The translations under genes were made by a program, and so were the position numbers. This document shows positions 54,691 through 64,000 of a stretch of DNA of 64,000 nt, piece after piece. Origin of the DNA: an uncultured Bacteroidales bacterium. Its GTDB lineage: Bacteria; Bacteroidota; Bacteroidia; Bacteroidales; GCA-2748055. Location: NCBI GenBank assembly GCA_963809925.1, contig CAWELH010000007.1, positions 98,347-162,346 of the forward strand, given 5' to 3'. The notes under the pieces were generated by a model. The model was not told the DNA's origin. It was given only the letters and a program-made list of their open reading frames with translations, and ran no database searches. Each line of letters begins with the position of its first letter. Positions within the stretch are counted from its first letter, which is position 1.

Positions 54691-55185
54691 CTATCTCCCC
54701 AGCAATTCATCCAGATTCTCCAGACCTGCTGTAAATCCTTCCCTGAATCCCATCTCAATGATCTTCTCCAGGTCGGTGAGTCTATCAAACGTCAATACTA
54801 CGTTTACAATAGTAGATCCGGAATCCTCACGGAATGAATTGGACCAGTTAATTGTCGGCATATTCGGATCTATATTTCCGTTTTCATCGCAAAAGGCATC
54901 CCTGGATGAAAACGCTTTCATCGGGTTAATGGTGATGTAATCAACCCGCGACCAGTGCTCTGACCTGTCAGGTCCGACCATGGCATAAAGCCACATTCCT
55001 CCTTCCGAGAAATCCATGGATTTGGTTCTGCCTTTCCATGGTTTCGGAGCCCACCATTGATCAAGAATATTGCTCTGTGTCCATGCAGCCCAAACTTTGG
55101 CAAGGGGTGCTTCAAACTCCCTTTTCACCGTAATGGCTTTCTTTTCCTTATCGACGGAAAATTCCATGATTAAATTACGTTTCAT
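54691..55185 (-). CDS. SRPBCC-superfamily protein (AHSA1/START-like)
   Basis: 164 aa. [20 protein letters not shown] opening typical of AHSA1-like SRPBCC proteins. Overlaps the upstream ArsR gene by 11 nt. Confidence 0.8.
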   Translation of the reverse strand: MKRNLIMEFSVDKEKKAITVKREFEAPLAKVWAAWTQSNILDQWWAPKPWKGRTKSMDFSEGGMWLYAMVGPDRSEHWSRVDYITINPMKAFSSRDAFCDENGNIDPNMPTINWSNSFREDSGSTIVNVVLTFDRLTDLEKIIEMGFREGFTAGLENLDELLGR

Positions 55186-55504
55186 TGTGATTTGATTTAA
55201 GATTAAGTAATACCTTATCCAGCTGATTGAATTTATCCTCCCACAGCAGTTTAAACTGTTCCAGCCATTGATCGATCTCTTTCATCTTTAATGCATTTAT
55301 ATGATAATAGATGTTCCTGCCTTCTTTCTTTTGTACCAGCAACTCACATTCCGTCAGCACCTGAATGTGCTTGGATACAGCCTGCCTGCTTGTTTTAAAA
55401 TGTTCGGCCAGTGCATTTGGCGTCATAGCCTGTGAGACGATCAGTACTAATATGGCCCTTCTTGTAGGATCGGCAATGGCCTGAAATATGTCGTGTTTTG
55501 CCAT
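55175..55504 (-). CDS. ArsR/SmtB-family transcriptional regulator
   Basis: [36 protein letters not shown] (HTH). Confidence 0.85.
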   Translation of the reverse strand: MAKHDIFQAIADPTRRAILVLIVSQAMTPNALAEHFKTSRQAVSKHIQVLTECELLVQKKEGRNIYYHINALKMKEIDQWLEQFKLLWEDKFNQLDKVLLNLKSNHNET

Positions 55505-55671
55505 GATAGATTCAATTTACGCAACCATTTGATTGCAAATATACGCGCAAATATTTAGTTGCGCAAATATTTTTAGATTTATTTGAAGAAATTTGCGACC
55601 ACCAGTGATCAGAGAAGTTCGGATAGGAATATTTTGGACTGGATAACGCACTATGGAATTTTACTAATCCA

Positions 55672-56805
55672 TCAGAGGGTAAGTGCATTCTCCAGATCAG
55701 AAATCAGGTCTGAGGCATCTTCAATCCCGACAGACAATCTCAGCAAATTATCGCTGATACCATCTGCTTCCCTCTGGTCTTTGGTAAGATGTCGGTGAGA
55801 AGTAAGCGCCGGTGCGCAAATGGTGGACTCAATCCCGCCAAGGCTCATGGCAGGTTGTATAAGGGTTAGTTTTTTCTGAAAGGTATAGCTGTCGACAGCT
55901 CTGGTCTCAAACGATACCATTCCTCCAAAGCCTGACATTTGCCTTTTGGCGGTTTCATATCCGGGATCATCGGGTAAACCCGGATAGAAGACCTTACTGA
56001 TGTCCGGATGGTGGTGAAGAAAATCAGCAATGGCTGCAGCATTTTCATTTTGCTTCGATACCCTGATAGCAAGGGTCTTAATACTTCTTTCCAGCAGGTG
56101 GCACATCATGGCATTCAGACTTCCGCCAAAATTCAACGCTGTATTTCTGATTTTATCGATCAGCTTCTTTGTGGAAAGGATGGCGCCTGCAGAAATATCG
56201 CTGTGACCTCCAAGGTACTTAGTGGCACTGTGCAGTATGATATCGATGCCGAAGTCGGCCGGATTCTGGTTTATGGGAGAAGCAAATGTACTGTCGATCA
56301 CTGAGATGATCTGCAATGATTTACACAGGACTGCAATTTCCTTTAGGTCGATGATTGACAATAACGGATTCGACGGACTTTCGATATAGATCATCCTGGT
56401 ATTTTTTCGTGCTGCTCCCCGGATTGTGCGTATCTCATTATCATTCAGGATGGTATATTCGATACCAAAGCGATCCAGGTCTTCCCTGATAAAATGGATT
56501 GTGCCACCGTAAAGCCCTTTCTGAAAAATGATGTGATCACCCTTGCTCAGGAGACTAAGGATCGTAGTGCTGATAGCTGCCATCCCGGAACTGAAGATCA
56601 GCCCGCTTTCGGTATTTTCGAGTTTGGATAGTTTTTCAATCAGAACCTGTTGGTTGGGTATGTTGAAATATCGGGGATAAAGTCTTTCCTCTGAATCCAG
56701 GTAGGCATACGAGGTGGATGTGAAAACGGGAGTATTGATTCCCGTGTATTCATCGGGCCGTTGACCCGCATGGACACAGATGGTGTTTTTGGTGTGGCTT
56801 TTCAT
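55672..56805 (-). CDS. PLP-dependent Cys/Met-metabolism enzyme (cystathionine gamma-synthase / beta-lyase / Met gamma-lyase family)
   Basis: 377 aa. SSGMAAI, DSTFASP, HSATKYLGGHSD (PLP lysine), LAESLGGVES-like SLGGIES. Confidence 0.88.
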   Translation of the reverse strand: MKSHTKNTICVHAGQRPDEYTGINTPVFTSTSYAYLDSEERLYPRYFNIPNQQVLIEKLSKLENTESGLIFSSGMAAISTTILSLLSKGDHIIFQKGLYGGTIHFIREDLDRFGIEYTILNDNEIRTIRGAARKNTRMIYIESPSNPLLSIIDLKEIAVLCKSLQIISVIDSTFASPINQNPADFGIDIILHSATKYLGGHSDISAGAILSTKKLIDKIRNTALNFGGSLNAMMCHLLERSIKTLAIRVSKQNENAAAIADFLHHHPDISKVFYPGLPDDPGYETAKRQMSGFGGMVSFETRAVDSYTFQKKLTLIQPAMSLGGIESTICAPALTSHRHLTKDQREADGISDNLLRLSVGIEDASDLISDLENALTL

Positions 56806-57200
56806 AATAAATGCTTTTGTTAGCTAAATCTCTTCACCTTCCCGTTGTGCTGAAAATAATTTTCACACCCCCCGGGCTGACAGACGAAACGGATACGTAT
56901 GTCCGTCTTCCCTCAAAGGAATTAAAGATGATAAAGGTTGCTACTATCCAAAATTAAGGGATTTCACAGAATTTACAGCATTATGATATGGTTTCTGCCA
57001 CCATTGATTTCCATTAAACATATAGCAGGGTATTCCTGATCTTACGCAGGTAATTTAGAAGAAAGACGAAGTCCCGGTCATGGAAAATCTTCTGGTTGCA
57101 CAATTCGTCCCGTATCCGGCATTTGATTTCGGTGCATATGTGTCACTATCCGTACCTCCGAAATCCCTGCAAAAATCATTGCCGGAAGTTTACTTCCGTT

Positions 57201-57895
57201 TCAATTCCACAGTGTTATTCTGCTTGAGGAATCTCTTTTCACCATGATCTCCTGAGGCTGGCGGATCCGCATTTCCGATCCGTCTGAAAAGAGTACCCGG
57301 CAAGCGTTCGTAGATGATATTCCCATCTGCACTTCAGAGTTCTGAAGGTTAACATTGAGCGAATCCACGCCAAAATTGCCGGTATGAAATAACTTTTCCC
57401 CCGGGCCTGTATACCCATAGCCGTAAACGGAGTGTTTCCGTTCCTGCCGCTGTTGAACCATACCCGACTCCCATCCAGATCCAGATTAACCAACGCTGAT
57501 CCCATTTGCGCAATCGTAACCTCCGAATTTATCATGTCAATCTTTTGCAGGGAATTTCCTGTACCCAGCTTTACCTTCATCCAGATGCCTTCCTGCTGGC
57601 TTACACCCGTTATGATCATGCTGTCACCTTCTATCGAAATAACCGGATCTGCAGGTACGGCGTCCTTCGACCATGACAATTCGAGGAAGGAGGAATCGCT
57701 GTAAACAAGCTCGAAATTCTGGCCATCCTTTAAGGTCAGTACGCTGATATCGGGGATATTCCTCGTACTCGTGGTCATTTCTGGTGCCTGATGGTCGTTC
57801 CTGCTACCACTGATCTTGATGTCAATGGCTCCGGCAAGGATAAATGCAGCGGCGGTTCCAAGCAGTGAGGTAAAGATGATCTTACTTGTCTTCAT
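57201..57895 (-). pseudogene. Membrane-anchored beta-strand-repeat protein, apparently frameshifted at a homopolymer run
   Basis: The ORF 57239-57895 loses its repeat pattern after about aa 165. The pattern continues in the overlapping frame 57201-57461 (LNVNLQNSEVQM, VLFSDGSEMRI). The frames meet at C5/G3 and T4 runs at 57394-57405. Confidence 0.5.
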
Positions 57896-58262
57896 TTTGG
57901 GATGGATTAGGATTTGAAGTAAAATAGGGTTTCAGTTCCCCGAAAGTGATACCGAGCATTCTGGTCTGCTTTACGATCAGTGGCAGGTCGTTTTCGAAGA
58001 ACTCTTTCTTCTTCCATGCGAGGATAATAGTATCTGCATCATGACTTACGAAATACCCCACGCCCCGCTTTGTATCGATAATGCCCCTCCCCTGCAGTTC
58101 GCTGTAGGTCCTCATGATGGTATTCGGGTTAACGCCCATTTCTGCAGCGAGTTCTCTGACGGACGGGATCTTCTCCCCAGGCGGGTATTTTCCCTCTACC
58201 ACTTTCTCCGACAGGTTATCTGCGATCTGGAGAAAAATGCCTTTTGAATTCTTGAATTCCAT
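57882..58262 (-). CDS. GntR-family (YtrA-like) transcriptional regulator
   Basis: GEKIPSVRELAAEMGVNPNTIMRTYSELQGRGII. Short 126-aa form. Confidence 0.85.
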   Translation of the reverse strand: MEFKNSKGIFLQIADNLSEKVVEGKYPPGEKIPSVRELAAEMGVNPNTIMRTYSELQGRGIIDTKRGVGYFVSHDADTIILAWKKKEFFENDLPLIVKQTRMLGITFGELKPYFTSNPNPSQNEDK

Positions 58263-58263
58263 A

Positions 58264-59058
58264 TTACGCCTCCTTTTCCTTTATACCAAACCATACCATG
58301 GCAAGTAAGGCCAGGTTTATCACTCCCGTTGCGACGACAGAGAAGGTAAGTACATTCTCTTTGGAGCGAATAAACAAGACGCGGTGTCCCTGCGGCTCAT
58401 AGTCATGAAGATGCAAACCCTTAAACAAAATATAAATAAACAGGGTATATGCAGCACCGATGATAACAAGCGTAAACATTGTTTTCAGCAGTGGTGACTT
58501 CCGGAAAAATCCGGCGCCCGTAAAGGGAATGAAAAAGATGCTGAGAACGCCCATCACCACCAGCCACTTAACCTGCCAGACGGTATCGTCTGACTGAAAA
58601 TACAGACCATTCCCTTCCCGTAATACCGAAAACCGGTAATGTGTCAGTTCAGGGAAAAACTGATGAGCGAGCCATCCTTCCGCATTGGCGATAAGCCAAT
58701 AAAGAACAGGAAAGATTATTATAAAGGCGATGATCCTTGTCAGGATCTCGAAAACGAATTTCTCTGAGGAAGAGGCCGGATGCAGCAGGTAGGACATACT
58801 TTTCTCCTTCGACCGGAATGCCGGGAAGGAAAGACTGGAATAGATCACCCCAAGTATAAAAAATAATACCAGAAACATGACTGTGGCATTTTGATCCGTC
58901 CACCTAAATCTGGCCATTAACTGGAAAATGAACAGCGCTGCAAAGAGAGTCCCCGAAAAACCGATCAGCGATATCCCGATGATTCGTTTGTTGATGATCA
59001 GCGACTGCCTGAATAACCAGGTTAACCGCCGAAATGAAAACAGGTTGTTGGTTTGCAT
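58264..59058 (-). CDS. Multi-pass membrane protein, probable permease partner of the adjacent ABC ATPase
   Basis: About 6 TM helices. Lies 3 nt after the ATPase gene and 1 nt before the GntR gene. Confidence 0.6.
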   Translation of the reverse strand: MQTNNLFSFRRLTWLFRQSLIINKRIIGISLIGFSGTLFAALFIFQLMARFRWTDQNATVMFLVLFFILGVIYSSLSFPAFRSKEKSMSYLLHPASSSEKFVFEILTRIIAFIIIFPVLYWLIANAEGWLAHQFFPELTHYRFSVLREGNGLYFQSDDTVWQVKWLVVMGVLSIFFIPFTGAGFFRKSPLLKTMFTLVIIGAAYTLFIYILFKGLHLHDYEPQGHRVLFIRSKENVLTFSVVATGVINLALLAMVWFGIKEKEA

Positions 59059-59061
59059 GAC

Positions 59062-59877
59062 TTATCCGATTTTTTTTCCGTTCGTAATAGCATTGAAAAG
59101 CAGCTCGATGTCCACCTCGGTCCTGGCATGACCGTTGGGCATCATCATTCTTACTCCACCCGGTACCATCTCACTGTAAATGGCCTGCTCCGCCTCAGCA
59201 GAAGTACCGCTGACAAAACTGACTTTTTGCGAGATATCCTCGATGGTATGCTGGAAGATCACCGTACCGTTGTCAAGGATGATGATCTTATCAATAAGGT
59301 TTTCTACATCCTTCACCTGGTGTGTGGAAATGACCACCAGCTGGTCGTCGTCGAGCGAACCGGCAAGGATTTTTCTGAACAGGGATTTTGAAGGTATGTC
59401 AAGTCCGTTCGTCGGCTCATCCAGCACCAGTAGCCGGCATTTTGTAGATAAGGCAAAGGCAATCAGGAATTTCTTCTTCTGCCCATGCGAAATGCGGTTG
59501 AGATGCTGACCGGCATTGAGGTCAAATTCCCCGGTGATACGATGAAACATGTCATGATCAAAACGGGGATAAAACCTGGCAAAGGCCTTCTTATAATCGC
59601 CGATGGCAACCGATGGGAAAACAAATTCTTCCGGCACCAGGAAGACATCGTTCAGCATCGAAGCTTCACGCTTCCTTGGAGTGTACCCGAGAACCGATAG
59701 TTCTCCTGTCTTCGGATGAAGCAGGCCGGTCATCAGCTTTAGCAGACTCGTTTTACCTGCACCGTTCTTCCCGAGGAGTCCGGTGATGCTGCCAGACGCG
59801 AGGTCAAGCGACAGGTTTCTGAACAGGGGTTGAGGCTGTCGCGGATACGAAAAGGTGAGGTCGTTGATTTGAATCAT
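59062..59877 (-). CDS. ABC transporter ATP-binding protein
   Basis: Walker A GKNGAGKTS, signature ISHGQKKK, Walker B LLVLDEPTNGLD, H-loop STHQ. Confidence 0.88.
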   Translation of the reverse strand: MIQINDLTFSYPRQPQPLFRNLSLDLASGSITGLLGKNGAGKTSLLKLMTGLLHPKTGELSVLGYTPRKREASMLNDVFLVPEEFVFPSVAIGDYKKAFARFYPRFDHDMFHRITGEFDLNAGQHLNRISHGQKKKFLIAFALSTKCRLLVLDEPTNGLDIPSKSLFRKILAGSLDDDQLVVISTHQVKDVENLIDKIIILDNGTVIFQHTIEDISQKVSFVSGTSAEAEQAIYSEMVPGGVRMMMPNGHARTEVDIELLFNAITNGKKIG

Positions 59878-60118
59878 AAGGTTTAATTTTTCGTATTAGT
59901 GTTCTACTTTACTAGTACAGTACAAATGTAGATCAATTATTTTCATAAAACCAAATATTTTAAAAGTTTTTTTTGGGAAAGTGTAAAACATGACGTGGGC
60001 CGACCACGGCCAGCAACCTGAAAGGCCAGTTTAATTATCTGATTATAAGTCAATAAAAGAATAAGTAAACAAGAATCACTGTTTACAAAAATAGAATGTG
60101 AAGTTGCCGCCCGGAATA

Positions 60119-60352
60119 CTAAAACACCATTTTGTGGGCATTCTTCTTTCGCTTTCTTATTGCTTTTGGTTTTTTAGTTTCCTTGTATCGTCCCTTATTC
60201 ATCGAATATTCTGACTTAGACATCAGCATATAGCCCTGGCGTTTTTTTGCACTGCTGGCATTACCGGAAGTTGCGCAGGAAGACAGGGAAAGTCCGATGA
60301 AAATCACTATTGCGACCAATACAAGGCGGCAAATGTGTCTTAGTTGTTTCAT
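60119..60352 (-). CDS. Small basic lipoprotein (77 aa), hypothetical
   Basis: Lipobox GLSLSSC. Lys/Arg-rich mature part. Confidence 0.45.
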   Translation of the reverse strand: MKQLRHICRLVLVAIVIFIGLSLSSCATSGNASSAKKRQGYMLMSKSEYSMNKGRYKETKKPKAIRKRKKNAHKMVF

Positions 60353-60908
60353 GGCGCATAGATTTAAAGTTCATATCCCGCGATTAAAGCTGTAGGATTT
60401 CATATACGAACTTACCGGAAATTAGTTGTATATATTCCACGAAGGGAAAGACCGGCAGGTACACAGTCACTCCAGGTAAAAACCTGCCTAATAAAGATAA
60501 AGAATGGTGATGGGAACCTTTTAATTTCAAAAACCCGAGACATTTGTTCGTTGAATATACCCGAAGTACCCTGTTGTCTTCCGGGTTATCAGCTTTTCAT
60601 CCCTTTTATTTTATCCGAAAGCGCCGGGAAGTGTCACAATAGAATATTATGCAGGTAATTCGGAATTAGCAGCATATGTAAAACAGATATAAAGGGAATA
60701 GCTTGCATCCATTATAGATAAAATGGCCAGGCGCAAAGGTTCTACGAATAAGTATGTACTGAAATGTTTATATAAGCCGGTCCCTGTTGGCGCCATTTGG
60801 ATTTAAAACCTCAGAGAGTGCTTGCTCCCGGACTTCGCTTTAAGGTATCTTATCAAGACTGTTGCGAAATATAACTTATCTACTGGCTGGCAGTTAGCAC
60901 AGTTGAAT

Positions 60909-62624
60909 TCAGCGTACAAGAACCAGCCTCTTCACCTGTACAAATTGATTCAAGCTTAGCCGGTAAAAGTAAATACCGGTAGGAACATCTTTTCCTGAAT
61001 AATCCTTACCGTTCCATAAAGCGATATGAGCGCCGGCGTTCTGATTCTCATCGGTCAGGGTCATTATAGCCTGACCAAGCGCATTGCAGATCTCCAGTTT
61101 AACGTGGGATGACGCCCTGACCATGTAGCGAATAGTTGTTTCGTAACTAAACGGATTTGGATAACTTTCGCTTAGTTCAACATGCGTCGGAAATTCAACG
61201 GCGGTATATTCATCGACGAACGCTGGGAGCGGCAGCGTAGAATTTAGAAATGTAAAACCGACCGGTCCGGAGAGTCCTGACTGCATCCTCACGTAACGGT
61301 CAAACAGTGAATCCATCCATGCTGTTTCCGTTAACAGGATTTTTAAATCCGCATCAATACTGGTCGCATCATCTTCCCGAACGGGGATCACAGATTTAAC
61401 CGATGATGCCTGCGCCTGGAATTCTGTTCCCAACGGATTTATAGTTCCGTTGTACCGAAACAGGAAAGAGTCCGGATCCGGCTCATAGAGTCCGGCATAC
61501 GCGGCCCAGCTCACCCAGCCTGAGGCACTACCCATCGTTGCTTCAACTGTAGATCTGTGATATTGGTATTCCTCTAACAGGACAGGTTTACCGGCATAAC
61601 AATACCGGAGCAAACCCTGAACATATACTGCAGCATGGCCATCCCACCAGTCATAGCCATGCACGGAAACATAATCCAGTAAGGGTGCTATTTTCTGCGG
61701 ATTGAATCCGGCATAACCACCCGGGCTTTCAATATTTTGCTTAAATGGAACGCTCCACTGGATCAATCCAACGGTAATCATATGATTTTCATCCACCTGT
61801 CTGATGGCATCAACAAGACGTTTGGTCCAGTTGTACGCTACATCCTCACGGAAAAGTTGAAAATCAAACAGGCGCTGATCATTCAAAACATTCATGCTTT
61901 CCGAAGGAACGCCGATGTTGTTCCAGCTCTCACCTGAATACGGAAAATCTGACCAGGCTATGCCCAGATTAGCCTCGTCCTCATATTTCAAATGGGTCCA
62001 TTCTGTCCACAATTCATCCATCGGCCCATCCGACCATTTTGTAGATGGTTCGTTGGTAAGATCCCATGCAAAGATGGCAGGTTCGTCACGATACCGGCTA
62101 CCAAAAGCCCTTACTAAAAATTCCAGGCCTTTGACACTGACCGGATCAGAATAATAATCCCAGCTTAACCATCCGTCTTCCGGTGCGCCCTCCCATACTT
62201 CAACAAGGTCGAAAATAATTCGTAAATCGTATTCCTTTGCCAGCTCTATTATTTTATCAACTTTCTGAAAACTGGTCTCATCCAAAGAGTACAAGGTAGG
62301 TTCGAACTTTACAGTTGAAAGGAAAATGCGAACAACATTGGCCCCTAAAGCCTGAAGTTGTGTAAAATGTACTCTGGTCCTGACCGAATCAAAGTTTGAG
62401 ATTACATTGGGAGCAGTAAATGCCGGATTATCCCAAACTACATTCGTACCGTAGCTTTCAGGATCATAGTAGTTGGTACCGAAAGGCGTAAATGCTGTAC
62501 CACTGATATTGGTTTCAAAATGCCAGTGATCACCGGCAACTTTAATGAACTCCGATTTTGTGTCCTGGGCAGAGACGATCCGGATTAGAAAACCAAACAG
62601 GACCCAGATAAGCAGTACTTTCAT
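60909..62624 (-). CDS. GH5-like glycoside hydrolase with T9SS C-terminal sorting domain
   Basis: Signal peptide. (beta/alpha)8-type motifs including AWDLTNEPS (acid/base NEP) and PVLLEEYQ. C-terminal SYPNPFSYETTIRY...GIYFYRLSL..VKRLVLVR. Confidence 0.8.
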   Translation of the reverse strand: MKVLLIWVLFGFLIRIVSAQDTKSEFIKVAGDHWHFETNISGTAFTPFGTNYYDPESYGTNVVWDNPAFTAPNVISNFDSVRTRVHFTQLQALGANVVRIFLSTVKFEPTLYSLDETSFQKVDKIIELAKEYDLRIIFDLVEVWEGAPEDGWLSWDYYSDPVSVKGLEFLVRAFGSRYRDEPAIFAWDLTNEPSTKWSDGPMDELWTEWTHLKYEDEANLGIAWSDFPYSGESWNNIGVPSESMNVLNDQRLFDFQLFREDVAYNWTKRLVDAIRQVDENHMITVGLIQWSVPFKQNIESPGGYAGFNPQKIAPLLDYVSVHGYDWWDGHAAVYVQGLLRYCYAGKPVLLEEYQYHRSTVEATMGSASGWVSWAAYAGLYEPDPDSFLFRYNGTINPLGTEFQAQASSVKSVIPVREDDATSIDADLKILLTETAWMDSLFDRYVRMQSGLSGPVGFTFLNSTLPLPAFVDEYTAVEFPTHVELSESYPNPFSYETTIRYMVRASSHVKLEICNALGQAIMTLTDENQNAGAHIALWNGKDYSGKDVPTGIYFYRLSLNQFVQVKRLVLVR

Positions 62625-63010
62625 TATTTTATTCCTTTTGTGAATTTATTGGGTGGGATAAACCGGGCAACCAATGTATATCATATTGAAATTCTGAAAT
62701 ATATATCAAATGAAGTACCGGTATATTCGGTCTATTTATCAACAAAATTAATGGCTAAAGGTTAAGCGATAAATCAAGATTCGGCATTTAAAATGCAACG
62801 GTTTGCGCAATACGGATGGCCGAAACATCGTCATTGAAAGTTTCATCCGCCTGAAGAAAATATCAAAGATGATGGCAGTACCTGGCATTCAGTGGTTGCA
62901 GATTCTGCTGATTTTTCTATCTTGCGTATCGGATCGAATTTCCTGAGTTTACCGAATGCCATGACCAACGAATTCTTTACAAAAATCCGGTACTTCGCGG
63001 AATATGACCT

Positions 63011-64000
63011 ATGAAAACTAAAAAGTTAAATCTCATCCTCATATTTCTGTTTGCCGGGGTTATGCTGTTTCTTGCCTTCAATAAGCACAGTAAATCCGGG
63101 TATTTTAACTATCACAGCGAAATTTGGGCTGACAAAGCCGGATATTATGTTTATCTGCCAATGGCATTTGATTATCACTTCTCCCCGGTTCAGTTCCCTG
63201 ATTCTATAGATCAGAAAACCGGAAATGGTTTCTGGCTCGACTACAAAAATGAAAAGGTAATAACAAAATACACCTATGGCGTTGCACTGATGCAGTCCCC
63301 TTTTTATCTGGTCGCAAACAATGCTGCCCTCCTATTAAAACAGAAAAGAGATGGCTTTTCTCCGATTTTTCACTGGAGCATCAATGTTGCTGCAGTTTTC
63401 TGGCTAATTATTGGATTCCTCTGTTTATACAACTATCTACTGCGGTATCTGAGAAGAATCACAGTGCTGATGGTATTGCTCCTAATTCTTTTTGGTACAA
63501 ATCTGTTTTATTATTCTGTTGATGAAACAGGAATGTCACACATCTATTCCTTCGCCTTGTTCAGTATTTTTTTAAACAGACTGGATATTTATTTCAAAAG
63601 AAAAAGATTCAGCATCACCGGTATCCTTGTATTATCGTTAACAGGAAGCCTGATTGTATTAATACGTCCGACAAATATTTTGTTCATCATCGCCACATTT
63701 TTTCTTACCACAGCAACGGATAATAATTTAAAAAAATGGATTGTCGATTCGTTATTTACCCCGAAATTCCTGATCGCCCTTCTGCCGATAATCTTTGTTT
63801 TTCTTCCCCAACTTTTTTACAATGAGTACGCATACCAGAAATATTTCGTGGATACATACGTAAATGAAGGATTTAACTGGCTCAACCCCAGACCCTTCGT
63901 CACACTGTTCTCGCCCGATAATGGACTTTTCCTGTATACTCCGCTGTTTTTCGTAATTCTTTATTCCTTTTTCCTCTCATATTCGCATTCATCGCTGAAA
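63011..64000 (+). CDS. Multi-pass membrane protein, GT-C/PMT_2-like glycosyltransferase (C-terminus beyond window)
   Basis: Hand-translated. The frame is open from the ATG at 63011 to the window end (330 codons, no stop). MKTKKLNLILIFLFAGVMLF, many TM helices, SHIYSFALF. Absent from the track because no stop is reached. The family call is tentative. Confidence 0.5.
   Translation, partial: MKTKKLNLILIFLFAGVMLFLAFNKHSKSGYFNYHSEIWADKAGYYVYLPMAFDYHFSPVQFPDSIDQKTGNGFWLDYKNEKVITKYTYGVALMQSPFYLVANNAALLLKQKRDGFSPIFHWSINVAAVFWLIIGFLCLYNYLLRYLRRITVLMVLLLILFGTNLFYYSVDETGMSHIYSFALFSIFLNRLDIYFKRKRFSITGILVLSLTGSLIVLIRPTNILFIIATFFLTTATDNNLKKWIVDSLFTPKFLIALLPIIFVFLPQLFYNEYAYQKYFVDTYVNEGFNWLNPRPFVTLFSPDNGLFLYTPLFFVILYSFFLSYSHSSLK

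Overview
The window reads as an ordinary chromosomal segment of a Bacteroidota genome. Evidence for the lineage: a SusC/SusD pair, two T9SS C-terminal sorting domains, many lipoprotein and outer-membrane genes, and TAnnTTTG-type -7 promoter boxes. I can support about 60 protein genes, one tRNA-Gln(CTG) and a few promoters and terminators. Gene content: the end of an Mla-type lipid ABC system; a manganese locus (DtxR/MntR-like regulator divergent from an Nramp-USP fusion plus an outer-membrane beta-barrel); an 8-gene minus-strand cluster headed by SusC/SusD with no glycoside hydrolase; CHAD plus a DASS transporter; glnS and folB; several SGNH/SASA esterases; a histidine kinase and response regulator; an S8 protease; a DoxX-fusion protein; three GH43 enzymes and one GH5; an AraC/YceI/LigB/SDR group; ArsR-SRPBCC; a PLP Cys/Met enzyme; and a GntR-ABC operon with an apparently frameshifted last gene. 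I saw no integrase, transposase, CRISPR array, reverse transcriptase or recognisable defence or toxin module. The gene models leave two dispersed non-coding repeat families unexplained. (1) A modular element with 8-nt periodicity: GGAAGTTA-type octamers, a conserved linker, CAACAACT/CAACAAAT/CACCAAAT octamers, an AGTGATGG module and an optional 31-nt hairpin unit, once amplified to 7 tandem copies. It occurs at four loci, always in the sense orientation of the upstream gene, and starts within or right at that gene's stop codon (1451-1735, 23834-24180, 48410-48956, 54508-54700). (2) A ~98-nt element with three copies (1744-1842, 21132-21229, 41321-41418). In it an 8-bp inverted repeat (TTGTTCTT/AAGAACAA) encloses a canonical G-quadruplex / C-rich tract. 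Each copy sits in an unusually long non-coding gap. All functional ideas about these repeats are inference. All homology calls rest on motifs recognised by eye, not on database searches.
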